A stretch of 64,000 nucleotides of DNA from Phyllosticta citribraziliensis (GCF_038025025.1 NW_027117352.1:558001-622000), one strand, 5' to 3'. Positions 12,039-24,801 are shown, counted from the first letter of the stretch. Notes: generated by a model not told the origin, from the sequence alone. Numbers and translations: made by a program.

Positions 12039-13385
12039 TACCGCTACCCAAATGTCTCCGCCGCTCAGCTTCGCAGACACAAGACGACGGCCACTACTAC
12101 TGCTGTAAATGCCGACCTGGGAGGTTTCCTGACCGCCGCAACATCCACGACAAGCAACCCAAGTGCGCCGCCACAGGGAAATTACTTGACTGCCCCGCTG
12201 GCCTCCATGGAAGCCGCCCGCGGCTCGACGAGCAGCTCCTCGACCCACTCGACTGGCGAGAGCACCGCGTCGCTGCAGACCCCCTTCGTCATCCGACATG
12301 GCCGCCGCTATCTCAGGGACCTCCCCTACCCCCTTCCATGCGACCTCCCCGAGCTGCAGCGCCAGAACCTCTACACCCTGCTGCAAACCACCATTTTCGG
12401 CAAGGCCCTCTGCTCGCCGCAGATAAAGGAAAAACCACCGAAAAGGGTGCTCGAGGTCGGCTGCGGCAGCGGCTACTGGAGTTCGCTCTGCCACGAGTAC
12501 CTCGCCAGCCTGGGCATCCACGACGTCGAGTTCGTCGGCCTCGACATCGTCCCCGTCGCCGCAGACCTGCGCAAGCAAGGCATCAACTGGCGCTTCGTCC
12601 AGCACGATCTCCGCAAGACGCCGCTGCCCTTTGAAGATGGCGAGTTCGACATTGTCATGTGCAAGGACTTGGGGCTGGTGATTCCGGTGGGGCTGCCGTC
12701 TCAGACGTCGCTCGAGGAATTCATTCGCGTCACTGCCATTGGCGGCAAACTGGAACTCTGGGACTGCGATTACGGAATCCGCTCTCTGTTGCCACACCCG
12801 CCTCCTCCGCCGGGCCAGAACGCCGAAGACGACGAGGTTGCCGCCGAAACTGCCACCTTTCTCATCTCGCCCTCGACCCCCTTTGCCAACCCTGTAAACA
12901 AGTACCTTGGAGAAGTCACCACCTGGCTGCACGATGCAATTGACAACAGGAAGCTCTACGCCATGCCGTGCTCGCGCATCCTGGAACTGCTGCTACAAGA
13001 GCCGGAAACGCTGTCAGACGTGGGATACCGCCGCATCGCGGTTCCCTTGGGGGAGATGCGCTGGGAGCGCGACGTCGACCGCGGCCTAGGGGCGCTGAAG
13101 CGCCGCGACAGCGAGCTCACGTCGACGACCAGCACGACCAACAAGACGAGCTCTGGCGAGGAGTCGGTGCTGACGGAAGACCAGGCGGCGCTGCGGCGCA
13201 CGGCGCTCACGGTGGTGATTCAGTTTGTCGAGGGGCTGGAGCCGCTGCTCAAGGAGGTCAGCGGCAAGAACCAGGAGGAGTGGCAGCGGTGGTGGGGCTG
13301 GATGATGGACGACCTCGTGCAGAACCGCGGGGCGTCGAGCGGCGAGTGTTTGGAGATGGGCGCGTGGTGGGCGACGCGCATCTAA
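12039..13385 (+). CDS. Class I SAM-dependent methyltransferase; main exon, 5' exon(s) uncertain
   Basis: RHGRRYLRDLPYPLPCDLPELQRQ; motif I RVLEVGCGSGYW; FVGLDI; LPFEDGEFDIV. The frame stays open back to a TAG at 12036-12038 that looks like a splice acceptor, so the start is either in an upstream exon (ATGs at 11759 and 11928) or at ATG 12207. Confidence 0.85.
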   Translation, partial: YRYPNVSAAQLRRHKTTATTTAVNADLGGFLTAATSTTSNPSAPPQGNYLTAPLASMEAARGSTSSSSTHSTGESTASLQTPFVIRHGRRYLRDLPYPLPCDLPELQRQNLYTLLQTTIFGKALCSPQIKEKPPKRVLEVGCGSGYWSSLCHEYLASLGIHDVEFVGLDIVPVAADLRKQGINWRFVQHDLRKTPLPFEDGEFDIVMCKDLGLVIPVGLPSQTSLEEFIRVTAIGGKLELWDCDYGIRSLLPHPPPPPGQNAEDDEVAAETATFLISPSTPFANPVNKYLGEVTTWLHDAIDNRKLYAMPCSRILELLLQEPETLSDVGYRRIAVPLGEMRWERDVDRGLGALKRRDSELTSTTSTTNKTSSGEESVLTEDQAALRRTALTVVIQFVEGLEPLLKEVSGKNQEEWQRWWGWMMDDLVQNRGASSGECLEMGAWWATRI

Positions 13386-13564
13386 GCGACGACTGAAGAA
13401 GAAGCAGAGGATGACGAAGAAGGGGAGAGAGTAGGGAGGTAGTGGTAGCGGTGCTCTATACCCATTTACAGTTTACGCAATCTTTTTCTCATCATCGTCG
13501 CTTTCGAAGCAGGAACTCTGCTGCGGTGGTCATGGCTCCAGTGCGTTCGACGCCACGACGACTG

Positions 13565-14116
13565 CTACGCCGTCTTGTCATAGCGCTGCCGCAGCGTGCG
13601 ATACCGTTTGAGATAGTACCTGATGGCCGCGCCCAATCGAGGCAGACGTCAGCCCGCCTCGCTCTGCACAGATGAAAACACATCACCTGTTCATTCATGT
13701 ACTGTACTCCCAACACATGCTCTCCCGCCAATGGTCTAAGGCTGGAGTACTTACAGCGCTTCGACCTCTATATGCGGCAATCAGCCAGATGTTCAGATGG
13801 TTGCGGATAGGTAAATGCAGGCAACACAACGCACCTTTCTTGACGTACTCGGCCCGCGCGATGCCCCGCTTGATGGCTTCTTCGTCGCGCAGCGCCGCTT
13901 GGCTGGCGAAGGCGCGGTGCAGGCGCTGTCGGAAGAAGGCGTAGCCGAGGGGATAGTCGCGGCCGAGGTAGAGGAGTTCTGGAGTGTGTGTTAGAGAGGG
14001 TGTTGGGTGTGATTGGGGAGCGGGAAAGGAGAGGAGGGGGAAGAGGAGAAAATGGTACCTTTGTATATTCGGATGACTTGGTGGCGGAGGGTGGTGTTGA
14101 TGGGGGGAGTGGTCAT
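13565..14116 (-). CDS. LYR-motif protein (LYRM5/ETFRF1-like), 4 exons
   Basis: Spliced product [43 protein letters not shown]...[30 protein letters not shown], with canonical introns. Confidence 0.88.
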
Positions 14117-14659
14117 GGCGGTGTGCTGGAATTGAAGAGGTGAGAGAGACAATGTCTCCGCGAGGATGGGCAAGGATGCAGACTCGGGTTGGCGAAGTGT
14201 AAAGTGGAAAACGAAAAGTTTGGACGAGTCGAGTCAGTGGTTGCAGAGAGGAGGGGATAAGGTAGGTAAACGTCGAAGTTGGGTTTACGTTCGGCAGTGG
14301 CTGTGAATGACGTCGAAGACATGCATGGCGCGAGCAGTGCAGTGGGTGAGGTGTGGAGGAGCTGAGGGAGGGAGGGGGCAGTGGAGAGGATGCGGCCGTG
14401 CCGTGCCTGAGTGAGTGGCTAGTGCAGTGCTGGGGAGGGCAATCAATCCCGCCGCGCGCCACGCGCCAACCTGACGACGCGAAATCGACTCTGAGGCGAA
14501 CCGGCCATCATCCATTTACAGCGTCGGGGAGGCTGTCGTTCCATTTACGCGCTTCGGTACATTTCGCGGCTCGTCAACCGTCGTCCTGTTCTTTGTTTCT
14601 CTTCTCGTCGTCTTTTTGTCCATTCTGCCTTTTCTCGCCCCATCACCACCACCAGCAGC

Positions 14660-16184
14660 ATGCGCCCCACCAGCAGACTCCTGGAAAGATGGGAGTCGCC
14701 CTACGCGCTCCCCCAGAAGCTCAGATTCGACTTCTCCAAGAACCCCGGGTGGGTGACGCGATTCCGGTCATGGTCATGGCAGAAGACGCTGCTGTCCAGC
14801 GAGCTGGGCCAGGCCTGGCCGGCAGAAATCGCAGACGTGCCCGAGTTCCAGCCAAACCCGCGCATCGTGATCGGCGAGGACGGCGGCTGGCTCTCCTCGG
14901 TCAGGAGCCGTCTCGGCAGGTGCATCTCGTTCGGTCTGGTCACGCCGAGGGTGCGCCAGGCGGGCAAACTGCTCAGGACCCTGGGTGCTGACACTGAGAC
15001 TGCCGGCTGGCGCGGCTTGACTTTGAAAAGATATGGCTTCTCGTTCAACGAAGGCAAACCCTACTCGCTCCTGGTCCGCGGTCAACATCCCTTGCTCAAG
15101 CGGGCGCTGGTGCGTGAACATCCTGAACATGGAGATTGATGGGTTGGGGCTGACGCATGGTGTTCTTGCCTTTGATTACAGACCACCAAAGTAAGATTCA
15201 ATCGTCCCATCAATTAGCGTCAGGACGAATCCGCTAAGAAAGAGTCGTTCAGGGTATCATGACCTTTGCAACAGAGCTTCCTTGGTTTTCTCATCTGACA
15301 AACGTCGTCTTGTAGGTCACTTTGATGATTTCGTGTACGAAACATTGCTGGAGAACCAGCGAATGTACTGGTTCCGGAATTTCACCATGTCAAAATTCGG
15401 CCACGTGAGGGGCAAAGAGAAGCTGCCGGTAATCTGGAATTCTATCCACCATCCCCACGGACCGTACGACATCGAGACCAACGAATTGCACACCAGCATA
15501 TTTGATCAGGCAAGTCGACGCCCGAGACTCATCGTGCGATGGCCTTGCTGACCGCCGTTTGACGTGCAGCGTGGGCCGACGGGCAATCTGACAGTCTGCC
15601 ACCGGCTGCGGCCCGGATTCGTCAGGCCGGACGGGACCATGCAAAACCACTTTAGCATTGACAGTCTGGTGGTGAGCGCGCGGCAGGAGAGAGTGATCGC
15701 ACAGGCAACGGCAAGCTTTTCCTTTGTGGCCAGAGTGCGCGTCCCCGAGCCGGAAAGATTCGACGAGCTCGTTGCACACTACTTTCTGTCGATGATGATG
15801 GATCAGGAAAGGCTGCGGGCTCACACGGAAAAGAAGATTAGTAAGATTGAGGATGAGTTGCGATCGATTGAAAAGAGCAGCTGGGACAGAGAGGGTGCCG
15901 TCGAAGACTTGGGGACTGCGGCAATGCCCGAGCAGGCTGAGCAGGAGGAAGAGGTGGGAGAGGATGCAGTGGAAGACTTGGGTTCCACGGCAATTCCTGA
16001 GCAGGTGGAGCAGAAGGAGGTGATGGGAGAAGACGCTGTCGAGGACTTGGATACTACGGCAAGTGCTGAGCAGGTGGAGCAGAAGGAGGTGCAGGGACAA
16101 GACGCTGTCGAGGATTTGGGGACTGCGGCAAGTGCTGAGCAGGCTGAGCAGAAGGAGGACGTGGTGAAAGAGGGGAATGCATGA
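14660..16184 (+). CDS. Highly diverged hot-dog-fold acyl-CoA thioesterase-like protein with a C-terminal acidic repeat; exon 1-2 junction unresolved
   Basis: WLSSVRSRLGRCISFGL...AGKLLRTL...WRGL, HFDDFVYETLLENQRMYWFRNF and LTVCHRL...FSIDSLVVSARQERVIA resemble, from memory, a fungal mitochondrial thioesterase family. Three ORF blocks are separated by intron-like sequence. Confidence 0.55.
15900..16175 (+). repeat. 69-bp (23-aa) coding tandem repeat, 4 copies
   Basis: Units begin at 15900, 15969, 16038 and 16107; peptide VEDLG(T/S)xAxxEQ(A/V)EQxEx(V/M/Q)GEDA. Confidence 0.92.
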
Positions 16185-17141
16185 AGACGATACAAGATGG
16201 CAGCAAACAGCACAGCAGCAGGCAGAAGCGACCAACCCAAGACTTCCAACCATGGCGCGTGATCAATGGCAAGGAACAGCAACAGCACGGCAGCAGGACG
16301 ACAAGGCGGGCAGCGGGCGGATGTAGAGGTGGAGCAATTGGTCGAGGGTGGTGATCATTTCCTAGCGACTGTAGAGTTGGGGAGCAACCTGACCACGGCC
16401 CGGGATCAAGGGCTGCGGGCAGAGTGCAGCTCACTGCCCACTAGGCCTGTTCAGCGGCGAGCGGCAGACGCAGAGGGGCGTGATACGCTGGAGGGCGGGT
16501 GAGTCATGATAAGACGGCATGTTGCGATGCTGATGGAGAGGGTGGTGTAATAATAATGTACAAGTACAGAGTATGCGGTGAAGGAGGACCTGAGGTGAGC
16601 CAGCCCAGGGGAGACGAGTGAGGAGTGTGAGGTGAACCGAAGGAGAGAAGACCGCAGCTAGGCCGAGTTTGGGGCATGTCGACATGGGAACAGAGGCAAC
16701 AGAACGGCCAGCTAATTAAACACGCCCGACCAACGGAAATAGTATCGAGACGATGAAAAACGAAAAGGAAAAAATATTCAGGGCACAATGGGCCGGCACC
16801 AAGCCCTGTCGCCGGCCTACCAGTACTTGTAGTTACTCCTCCTCAGACCTCAGCACGCTCCCCCCGACCCCGACCCCGACGCACTGCCGTGAGAGGTCCA
16901 AGCTACAGTACCTACAGTACCAGACCAGACCATCTCCCCGTCCGTCTCTTCGTTTCAAAAACCTTACAACCTACCTATTCACCACCCACCCCGACGCCAC
17001 TCCCGCCCACCCTCCCCCACCGACCTCTAGCCTCCCCCCCCTTCGCAAAAAAGGGCTTGGAACCCCAGCTCGGCTTGTCGCACGCTCTTGCTGTCGTCGA
17101 GCCGGCCCTGGGTCCTGCAAGCCGTCGTCCGCGGGCCGCTG

Positions 17142-20100
17142 ATGCCACCGAAGGCCAAGAGGAACGCGGCCAACACACACAAGCATGAGAACGGCCTCGC
17201 TCTCCCCGGCAGGCGCATCCCCAAGCAACGCTCCCACAACAACCTCCACGCCGCGTCCCACTCGTCGCCCTCGCCCTCGCCCTCGCCCTCGCCCTCCTCC
17301 TCGCCCTCGCACGCCCTCGCAAATGGAAACTCCTCCCCCGCTCCGCCGCACCCGACGCGCCCTGATCTGACTTTGCCCGTCGACTCGACCGGGCCTGGCC
17401 ATGCTCTGCCGCACGCGACATTGTCAGAACAAGCCATGCCGGAGGATTTGGCCGCCACGAGACTCCAGCCTGCGAGGGACCGCACCGCGTCCGAGGCCTC
17501 CCACGACAGCGCCTGCCTGGACGCCGTCAATGGCGCCCTCGACGCTCCATCGCGACCCTCGCTGCCACGCTCGCCCGCCAATGGCCGCCGCAGCTCCATC
17601 GCCTACAAATCCAGCTCTGCCTCGACGGCCATGACCATCATTTCCTCGTGTCCAGTCTGGGACGTCGTCGCCATCCTCATCATCTTGCTCCAGCTGCCCT
17701 CGACCGTCCTCACCGTCATCCACCTGCTCTTCGCCACCCTCACCTTCGTCCCTCCCAGCAGCACCGCCTCTCTCTCCAGTCTCCCGAGTTTCAGCGAGGT
17801 TTTCAAGGGCTCCCAAGGAATGCCGTCGCTGGGCACAATTGTCATTTGCGACTTGTTCGCCCTGATCATCTGGGGTTTCCTCCCCATGTTTGCTCAGGGC
17901 ATCGCCTTCGACTTGGCCCAGGCCGTCATTGCCATTTCCCTGGGAGGCGCGGCGGCTGGCAAAGGCGGCGTCTCGCAGAGCGTGCTGGTTTGCGGAGGAA
18001 TCATATTCTTGTCTCACGCATATCATCAGCGATCCATTCGGCACTACGTTTTGAAATACCTTCACTTTGTCCTGTCCAAAGGCGGCTTCCACGTCTTAAG
18101 CCCCCCGGCGGCTGAGTCCATGTACCCCGAACCGTCACACATGTCTCACGGCTGGACCCGATCCGTTCTGGGACTGCACATTCTCTCCCAAGGAATACTT
18201 CGCCTCGGGCGCCGCTGGTTCATTGCCAAGCAAGACAGATCTCTTCCAACAACGACGAGCAGGAGACCTGACGCGGACGGCACCTTGGCCACCCAGCTTC
18301 CCCGGAGTACCCCCGACTCAGCCATCGAAAGCAGCATAGGCGCCTCCGCCGATGGCCGACATCCTGGCCCGTCCCCTGCAGGCGACGGAAGAGAGAGGTC
18401 TTTCAGTTCCAGTTCGAAGAAGAAGAAGCGACAAGCAACCCAAGTCAGGAGCCAACAGCCTTTCTGGGCCGCTATTGCTAGTACAAAAGTTACATTTTGG
18501 AAGGAGGTTCAGCAGAGCAACGACTCTACTGACAGCCACGAGGCGAATTCAACGGATGTTAATCACATAGGCAACGCTCATTATCGAACGGGGGAGGATC
18601 GGGTTTGGATTCTGGATGTGGGCGCAACGGAGATTACCTTTTGGGCCAACGCGGCGGAAAAGAATTTTGAAAAGGAAAATGGAGGTGAAGAGCAGGAGTC
18701 TAGTCTTGGGGCAGGGATCGACAAGTTGAAGCCGTTTTACGTGCGGCTCAACGGCACCAACTGGGCGTCTACGAGCATCACAGAGGCTGGGTCGGACAAC
18801 CGGACAAGCGACGGGTCTACGGGCAAGTGGTTTGGCAAGATTTTCGGTCTCACGTCCTCGCAAAACTACAAGTGTGAGTTTGTGAGGACGGTCGATCGGA
18901 CGACCTTTCACGCCACGAGCCTCATTACCCAGTCTGCCCCGAGCGCCGAACAAGGTATGATCTTTTTGCTGTTCCGTTTCACGAGAGGCTGACGCGTTTG
19001 GTAAGCTGCTGTTTCACCGCCGGTGCATCAGTCCCTTCGCCCGCAGTCACCCCGCACGCTGCTGAGGAACAACGTCTCGAACCTGGAGCACGAGTTGCAG
19101 GAGCTGAAGAGCCAGCAAAAGAGGAATCAAAAGTCGCACGGCAAAGCCCTTGCTGCAGCCAAGAAGGAAGTCGACGCCGTCGAAAGCAAGATTCAGACGT
19201 CCGGTGGTAACGATGACCGGCTCAAGCAAAAGAAGCGTCAACTGTCCGAGGCGATTCGTCAGGCTGAAGAGGCCGCCGCTGAGATGGCCCTGCAAAACTC
19301 GACTCTGGCCAAGATCCCCGAAGCCGATTTAAACGAGTACCGCGCTGCTGAGAAGAAGTGGCTGGGTCAAAAGGACCGTTTGGCCAGGGCAAAGGAGGAG
19401 TTGAAGCGGACTGCGAGCGAACTCGAGAGGGAACTCGCGTCTGCCGAAACCGAATACGCGTCGACCGTCAAGAAGCGAGAGCGCCTCCAAAGCCGCCAGA
19501 CGAAGCTCAACGAGCAGCACGATCGCCTCAGCACGCTCAATGCCCAGGATCAGAGTGCGCACGCCCGCAAGCTTCACGATCGTGCTTCCCTCATGTCCTC
19601 CCGAGCCACGCACGAGCAGCAGTACCTCAGCCAAATCATTGCCAACGAAAACCAGGCGTTGGACCTTCAGAGTAAGACCTTGTACTTGAACCAGCAAGTT
19701 CAGCATTTGCAGAACCTGCTGCAGCAGGGTGCGGGTCCGTCGGTCCCGACGACTCCCGAAGGTCCGTTGCCTGGCACGGGATCCACGACCAACAATTACA
19801 CGCCCGTTTTCCAATTCCCTCCGCTGGCTGGGCAGTTGAATGGCACGCCCGTGTCTCTTCCTCGCGAGAACCGCGGTCGCTCCAGCTCCATGCTCTCGGA
19901 CATGAGTGGTTTTACGGATCACAACGTCGACCCGCCTCCAGCCTACACTCCGTCGATGGCCCCTGCGTTTTTGGGTTCTCTTAGCAACGGCCAGTTTGGC
20001 TCGTTCAACACGTCAATGGTCAATGTCGACGTGCGCAAGGGCAGCAGCGGCAGCAGCGGGGGTAGCGGCAGCGGCAGCGGGAGCGGCAGCAGGGCTGGCA

Positions 20101-20183
20101 GTCAGGCTGACCCGGCCAGCCCGGTCAACAAGAGCTTGCCCAGTCCAGTCGGCACCGCGGGCGCTCCAATTGGTAGTCAGTAG
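17142..20183 (+). CDS. acrB: Ubiquitination network signalling protein AcrB (TM region plus coiled coil), 2 exons
   Basis: N-terminus MPPKAKR...HENGLALPGRRIPKQRS; CPVWDVVAILIILLQLP; QVRSQQPFWAAIASTKVT; PFYVRLNG; long coiled coil; RGRSSSMLS. A phase-1 intron at 18955-19005 joins the two ORFs. Confidence 0.85.
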
Positions 20184-20463
20184 TTGTAGCAGCAGGCTTT
20201 TTCGCCCGTTCCCCCGGTTTGAGGAGCTGGTCAGTGTGGAATTCATCCGTTGATTTGCTATGTGAAATCATTACGTGTGCAGTTAGTGTCCGTGAATTTG
20301 ATAGGTCACCGTCACACGCCAATGACAATCCAAAGCAGCTGGTTGGAGAAAGCTCGGGGCAAAGTTGGCGCACTGACAAGGCGGCGGAGGAGCTAGGTCT
20401 TGTCAAGCTTGCTTGCTTGCTGCAGGGCGGGGCAATCCAATCCAGAGCGAAACCGTCAACACC

Positions 20464-21464
20464 ATGGCACCAGTGCTCCCTCGCTCCTCAATCTTCGCCC
20501 GGACGCTGCTCCAACACGGCCGCCTGCGCCATGCCGTCCGGCTGAGCTCCAGCTCGCCCGGGCCCTTGGTCAAGCTCACGAGCATCCCCGCGCCCCACTG
20601 CGGCAGCATTCGCATCCTGTCGCTCAACCGCCCCGAGTCGCGCAACGCCATCTCCAAGGCGCTGCTGGCCGAGCTGGCGCACCACGTCGACCAGGTGGCC
20701 AAGGAGGGCCAGGGCCAGAATCAGACTACTCGCGCGCTGATTGTCGCCAGCGACGTCGATGCCAGCTTCTGCGCCGGCGCGGATCTCAAGGAGCGCGCGA
20801 CCTTTACGCCTGAGCAGTGCGTCCCCGCAAAATGTTATACTACTACCTCGTCGACGACCTGTGTTTGGCTGACGGACGCGCAAACAACAGGACCAACGAG
20901 TTCCTCAGCTCGCTACGCGGCACGCTGACGTCGCTCTCGCGGCTCCCGATCCCGACCATCGCGGCCGTGTCGTCGCTAGCCTTCGGCGGCGGGCTCGAGC
21001 TGGCACTGGCCACGCACTTCCGCGTCTTCAGCAGCAACGCGGTGGTCGCGCTGCCCGAGACGCGGCTGGGCATCATCCCCGGCGCCGGGGGGACGTACCG
21101 GCTGCCGGCGCTCGTGGGGCTGAACCGCGCGCGCGACCTCATCCTCACGGGGCGGCGCGTCGCGGCGCCCGAGGCGTACTTTTTGGGGCTCTGCGACCGC
21201 CTCGTCCAGGTGCTGCCCGAGGACGTGGCCGGCGATGCGGCGGCGCCGCGCCGGAAGGTGCTGAGCGAGGCTGTCCGGCTGGCGACGGAGATTTGCGAGG
21301 GCGCGCCCGTGGCGATTGCGGCGGGCATGGCGGCTGTGGATGGGTGCGCGGGCGGCGAGGCCGTCGAGAATAGCATGTACGATTTGGTGGTGCAGACGGA
21401 GGACAGGAATGAGGCGTTGCGGGCGTTCATGGAGAAGAGGAAGCCGGTGTTCAAGGGGCGGTAG
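20464..21464 (+). CDS. Mitochondrial enoyl-CoA hydratase/methylglutaconyl-CoA hydratase (crotonase family), 2 exons
   Basis: LNRPESRNAIS; FCAGADLKER; AFGGGLELALA; LPETRLGIIPGAGGTYRL; DRNEALRAFMEKRKPVFKGR. Intron at 20817-20890; Arg/Ser-rich presequence. Confidence 0.93.
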
Positions 21465-22073
21465 GTGGCACGCATGTTCGAAATAATCAGACATCGCCGG
21501 TTTGCATGGCGGCTGTGTTAGGGTCCAGCGTGACGAATCGTCGCTGTGGCACCATTGGGATGACAGATGGAGCCGCGTCTTTTTTGATCAACCCGGCTAT
21601 AGCTGCGGGCTGGTGAAATGGGACAAACGGACGGCCAATGGGTGGAGTGGTTCTGTTTCGCTGATGCATGTTCCGAGCACATGCTAGGGTGAGGTGCTCA
21701 GTAGCGTCAGTTTGCCGTACGTCGGGCAAAGAACCGCGCCTCGCGAGCCTTTTGAGAGGCGTGGGAGAATTCATCATCGCCAGAGCGGATGTCGTCCGCC
21801 AGTTCCGACGGGACGCAACGTTCAACAAAGCACTGGTCGCACGGCAGCAGTGGGGTAAAGTAGGTGTGTAGTAAAGCTGTAGGGTAAAGGCGGGTGGGCG
21901 GGGGCCAGGGATGTGTGACGTGGGATGCGTAGATCGCCGTGATCCACCATCCATCTTCTGTCCAGTCCCAAACCAACAACATGCCTGGATCCCGGCATGT
22001 CCTCTCTTCAACCTCTGCACCTATGATACTGCTCTAGCTCTGCCCGCATCCTGCCCTGCTCTGCTGCCTCGTC

Positions 22074-24179
22074 ATGTCCGGCAATCCCTTTCGCCGCTCC
22101 GTCGCCCTCAACACCGCCACCACCGGACTCAGCGGAACCGCCTTCAACTCTGGAAACAACGGTCCCCGTAAACCCCCCACCGCATCCGCTGCCCAAATAT
22201 CGTGAGCTGCGACTGACCGCCCGCCAGTGTCGAGCGTCTCAAAGACAAAGAAGCACGTTCGTGTCGCCTCGCCGCCGCCCTCTCCACCGGAAACGTCGAG
22301 CCCAGAACCAGAGCCAGAGCCAAGGCCAGATCCGGTCTTCGTGAGACGACTGAGCTCCTCTCACCATGCCGGATCGCCTCCTCCAGCTGCCTATCTGGCC
22401 GACGATAGCTATTCCGACGGCACCGCCAACGAGCCATCCGACGACAGCCCCGCCGCGAGAGATGACGACCCAGACGACGCGCCGCTAAAGACGAACGCCG
22501 CCGACATACGCACGAGCATGGACTCGGCACCCACGAGCCCTGGCGTCCCGAATCCCTTTGCACGAACGCTGGAGACAATCGAGCAAGGCTCCCGCAGACC
22601 GCCCGCTCGCAATGACGCCCAAGGCCAGTCTGGCAAGGCTGCTGCTGCTACCCGGGCATCCATGGACGTCGACTCGTTCAAACGGCTGCTCTTGACGGGC
22701 AGGGCAGACGCCGAATCACACGCCGTCTCCACGTCGACGGGGGCGACGATTCAGCAAACTCCCGTGGCTTCCGCCGACGACACTCGCGGCAGCGCCGAGC
22801 TGTCGGCCATTTCGAGACACGCACTTTTTGGGGCCCTACACGCCGGCGGACGGGACGACTCCCCACGCAGCTCCTACGAGAGGTCTGCGTCTGACGGGGT
22901 GGATGATGACGACCACGCCACGCTCATCGGCGGTGGGAAGAAGCCGGACAAGAAGAAGCCCCCGCCGCCGCGCCACAAGCACGGCAAGTCGATAACGTTG
23001 ACCAAACGCGGGCCGCAAGTGGTGTCGTTCGCCGACTTTGCGCCCTCGTTCGTCTCGCAGGAGAACAAGGACTCGATCGGCCGGCCGCGATCCCAATCGG
23101 ACGTAAACAAACCGCTTCCGCCGCGTCCGCGCGCTGCGTCAGGAAACGCCGAAAAGGACCTGCCGGTGGTGCCGCAAGCCGAAGCGCTGTCAATAGAGAC
23201 GCCAGACGCTGCTCCTCCTCAACCGTCATCGTCGCCGTCGCAGCAGCGCCGCAAACCGCCCACCCCGCCGCTCAGCCGCCGGTACAGCCAGCTCCGCTCC
23301 GTGGCTTCCGAACCGCGCTCGCGGAGCAACTCGACGTCGGCGTCGGCGTCGGCGTCGTCGGCCCCGGACGAGCCGTTCTCCGACACCAACGCGTCGTCGT
23401 CTTCGCCGTCGCCGGGCACGCCGCAGGCATTCAATCAGAGCAGTGGAGGCGGTGGTAGTAGCAGTAGTGGTGGTATTGCGGGAAGTAAACCGCCCCCGCC
23501 GCCCCCGGCCCGCCGCTCCGCCGCCACGTCCGTCTCGTCGTCGTCTGATCTTTCCAACACCATCATCGCCACGCCCAGCCGCTCCTCGTCGCGCCGCTCC
23601 ACCGCCTCGTCCATCCACCAACCCACCCCGTCCGCGTTGGCCGCTGCGGGGACCGCCCCGTCGACCGCGGCCCAGCATGCCTCGCGGCCCCTCCGCCTCT
23701 CCTCCTCCGCCCTCGAAATGACGCCCTCGTCGACGACGACCAGCGCCCACAACGCGCCGCCGCCGCCGCCCCCGCCGCGCCGCGGCAGCTCGAAGAGCAG
23801 CTTCGACCTCCCCCGTCCGAGCGCAAGCGTCCTGGCTGCGGTTGGCTACGGCGGCAGCGGCAGCGGCAGCGGCGGTGCCAATTCCGGCCCCAACAGCCCG
23901 ACGCTCGTCCAGAGTCGCAGTCGCACGGCGAGCGCGGGGAGCGAGCGGCTTTGGGAGGTCAGAGCCGAGGAAGAGGAGGACGAGGAGGAGGGAGGGGGGC
24001 GTGGTGGTGGTGTGGGGTTGGGTGTCAGCGGAGCACAGGGGCAGGTCCAGAGACACAGGCAGAGCGTCGATATGCTGAGTGAGTTGGATAAACTGCAGCG
24101 AGAGGTCGAGGCGTTGAGGGAGAGGAGCGCCGGCGCTGGCGGCGCTGGGGCGGCGGCGGCGGGGAGGAGAGTCAGTTAG
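22074..24179 (+). CDS. Pro/Ser-rich, largely disordered fungal hypothetical protein with a short C-terminal coiled coil, 2 exons
   Basis: ATG at 22074 (MSGNPFRRS); phase-1 intron at 22168-22227; 650-codon ORF with NPF motifs, SMDVDSFKRLLLTG, several PPPPPxRR motifs and DMLSELDKLQREVEALR. Confidence 0.8.
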
Positions 24180-24801
24180 CTGTCTGTTTGTGTGTCTGGC
24201 TGGCTGGCTGGCTCTTTGTCTGGCTGTGCGCCCTTGTTTGGTGCGTGGGTGGGTGGGTGGATCCATGAATGGGTTGGGTGCGATGCTTGCCGTGCACATA
24301 TGTAGGATCTCTCTCCCTCTCCCTCTTTCTCTCTTTCTCCCAGGCAGGCAGCTGGCAGGAGACGGTCGAAGCTGCCACACATCACGTCGTTGACAGGCAG
24401 GGCGGACAGGATGGGATACGGATGGCAGCACACTGAGCAGACGGGCCGGGCCGGGATGGGATGGGATGGGATGGCGTTTCGGGTGTACTGTATCTACGTG
24501 GCTGCGTATCTAGGAAAGAGTCTATCTACATCTACATGGTTGATCTTCTGCGGATGCAGGAGGAGTGGTGAGTGGATTTGGTTTGGTTTGGTCCGAGTTG
24601 ATCTGTCGGATGGGGAGAAGTGGCAGTGGGAAGCAATGGTAGTAGAGGGTTGGGATGGATACGACTCGCCTCGCTCTCTCGCTCGCTCGCTTGCTTGCTT
24701 GCTTGACTTTGTATATGTATGTATTGACATATGTACACCCCTTTCCATCCCCCCCCCCCCCCCCCCATCCCCCTCTCTCACGCCGTTTTCCAGTCGTCAC
24801 A

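Noticed and set aside
15900..16175. CRISPR-like array
   Set aside because: Contiguous in-frame coding repeats without unique spacers, in a eukaryotic genome.
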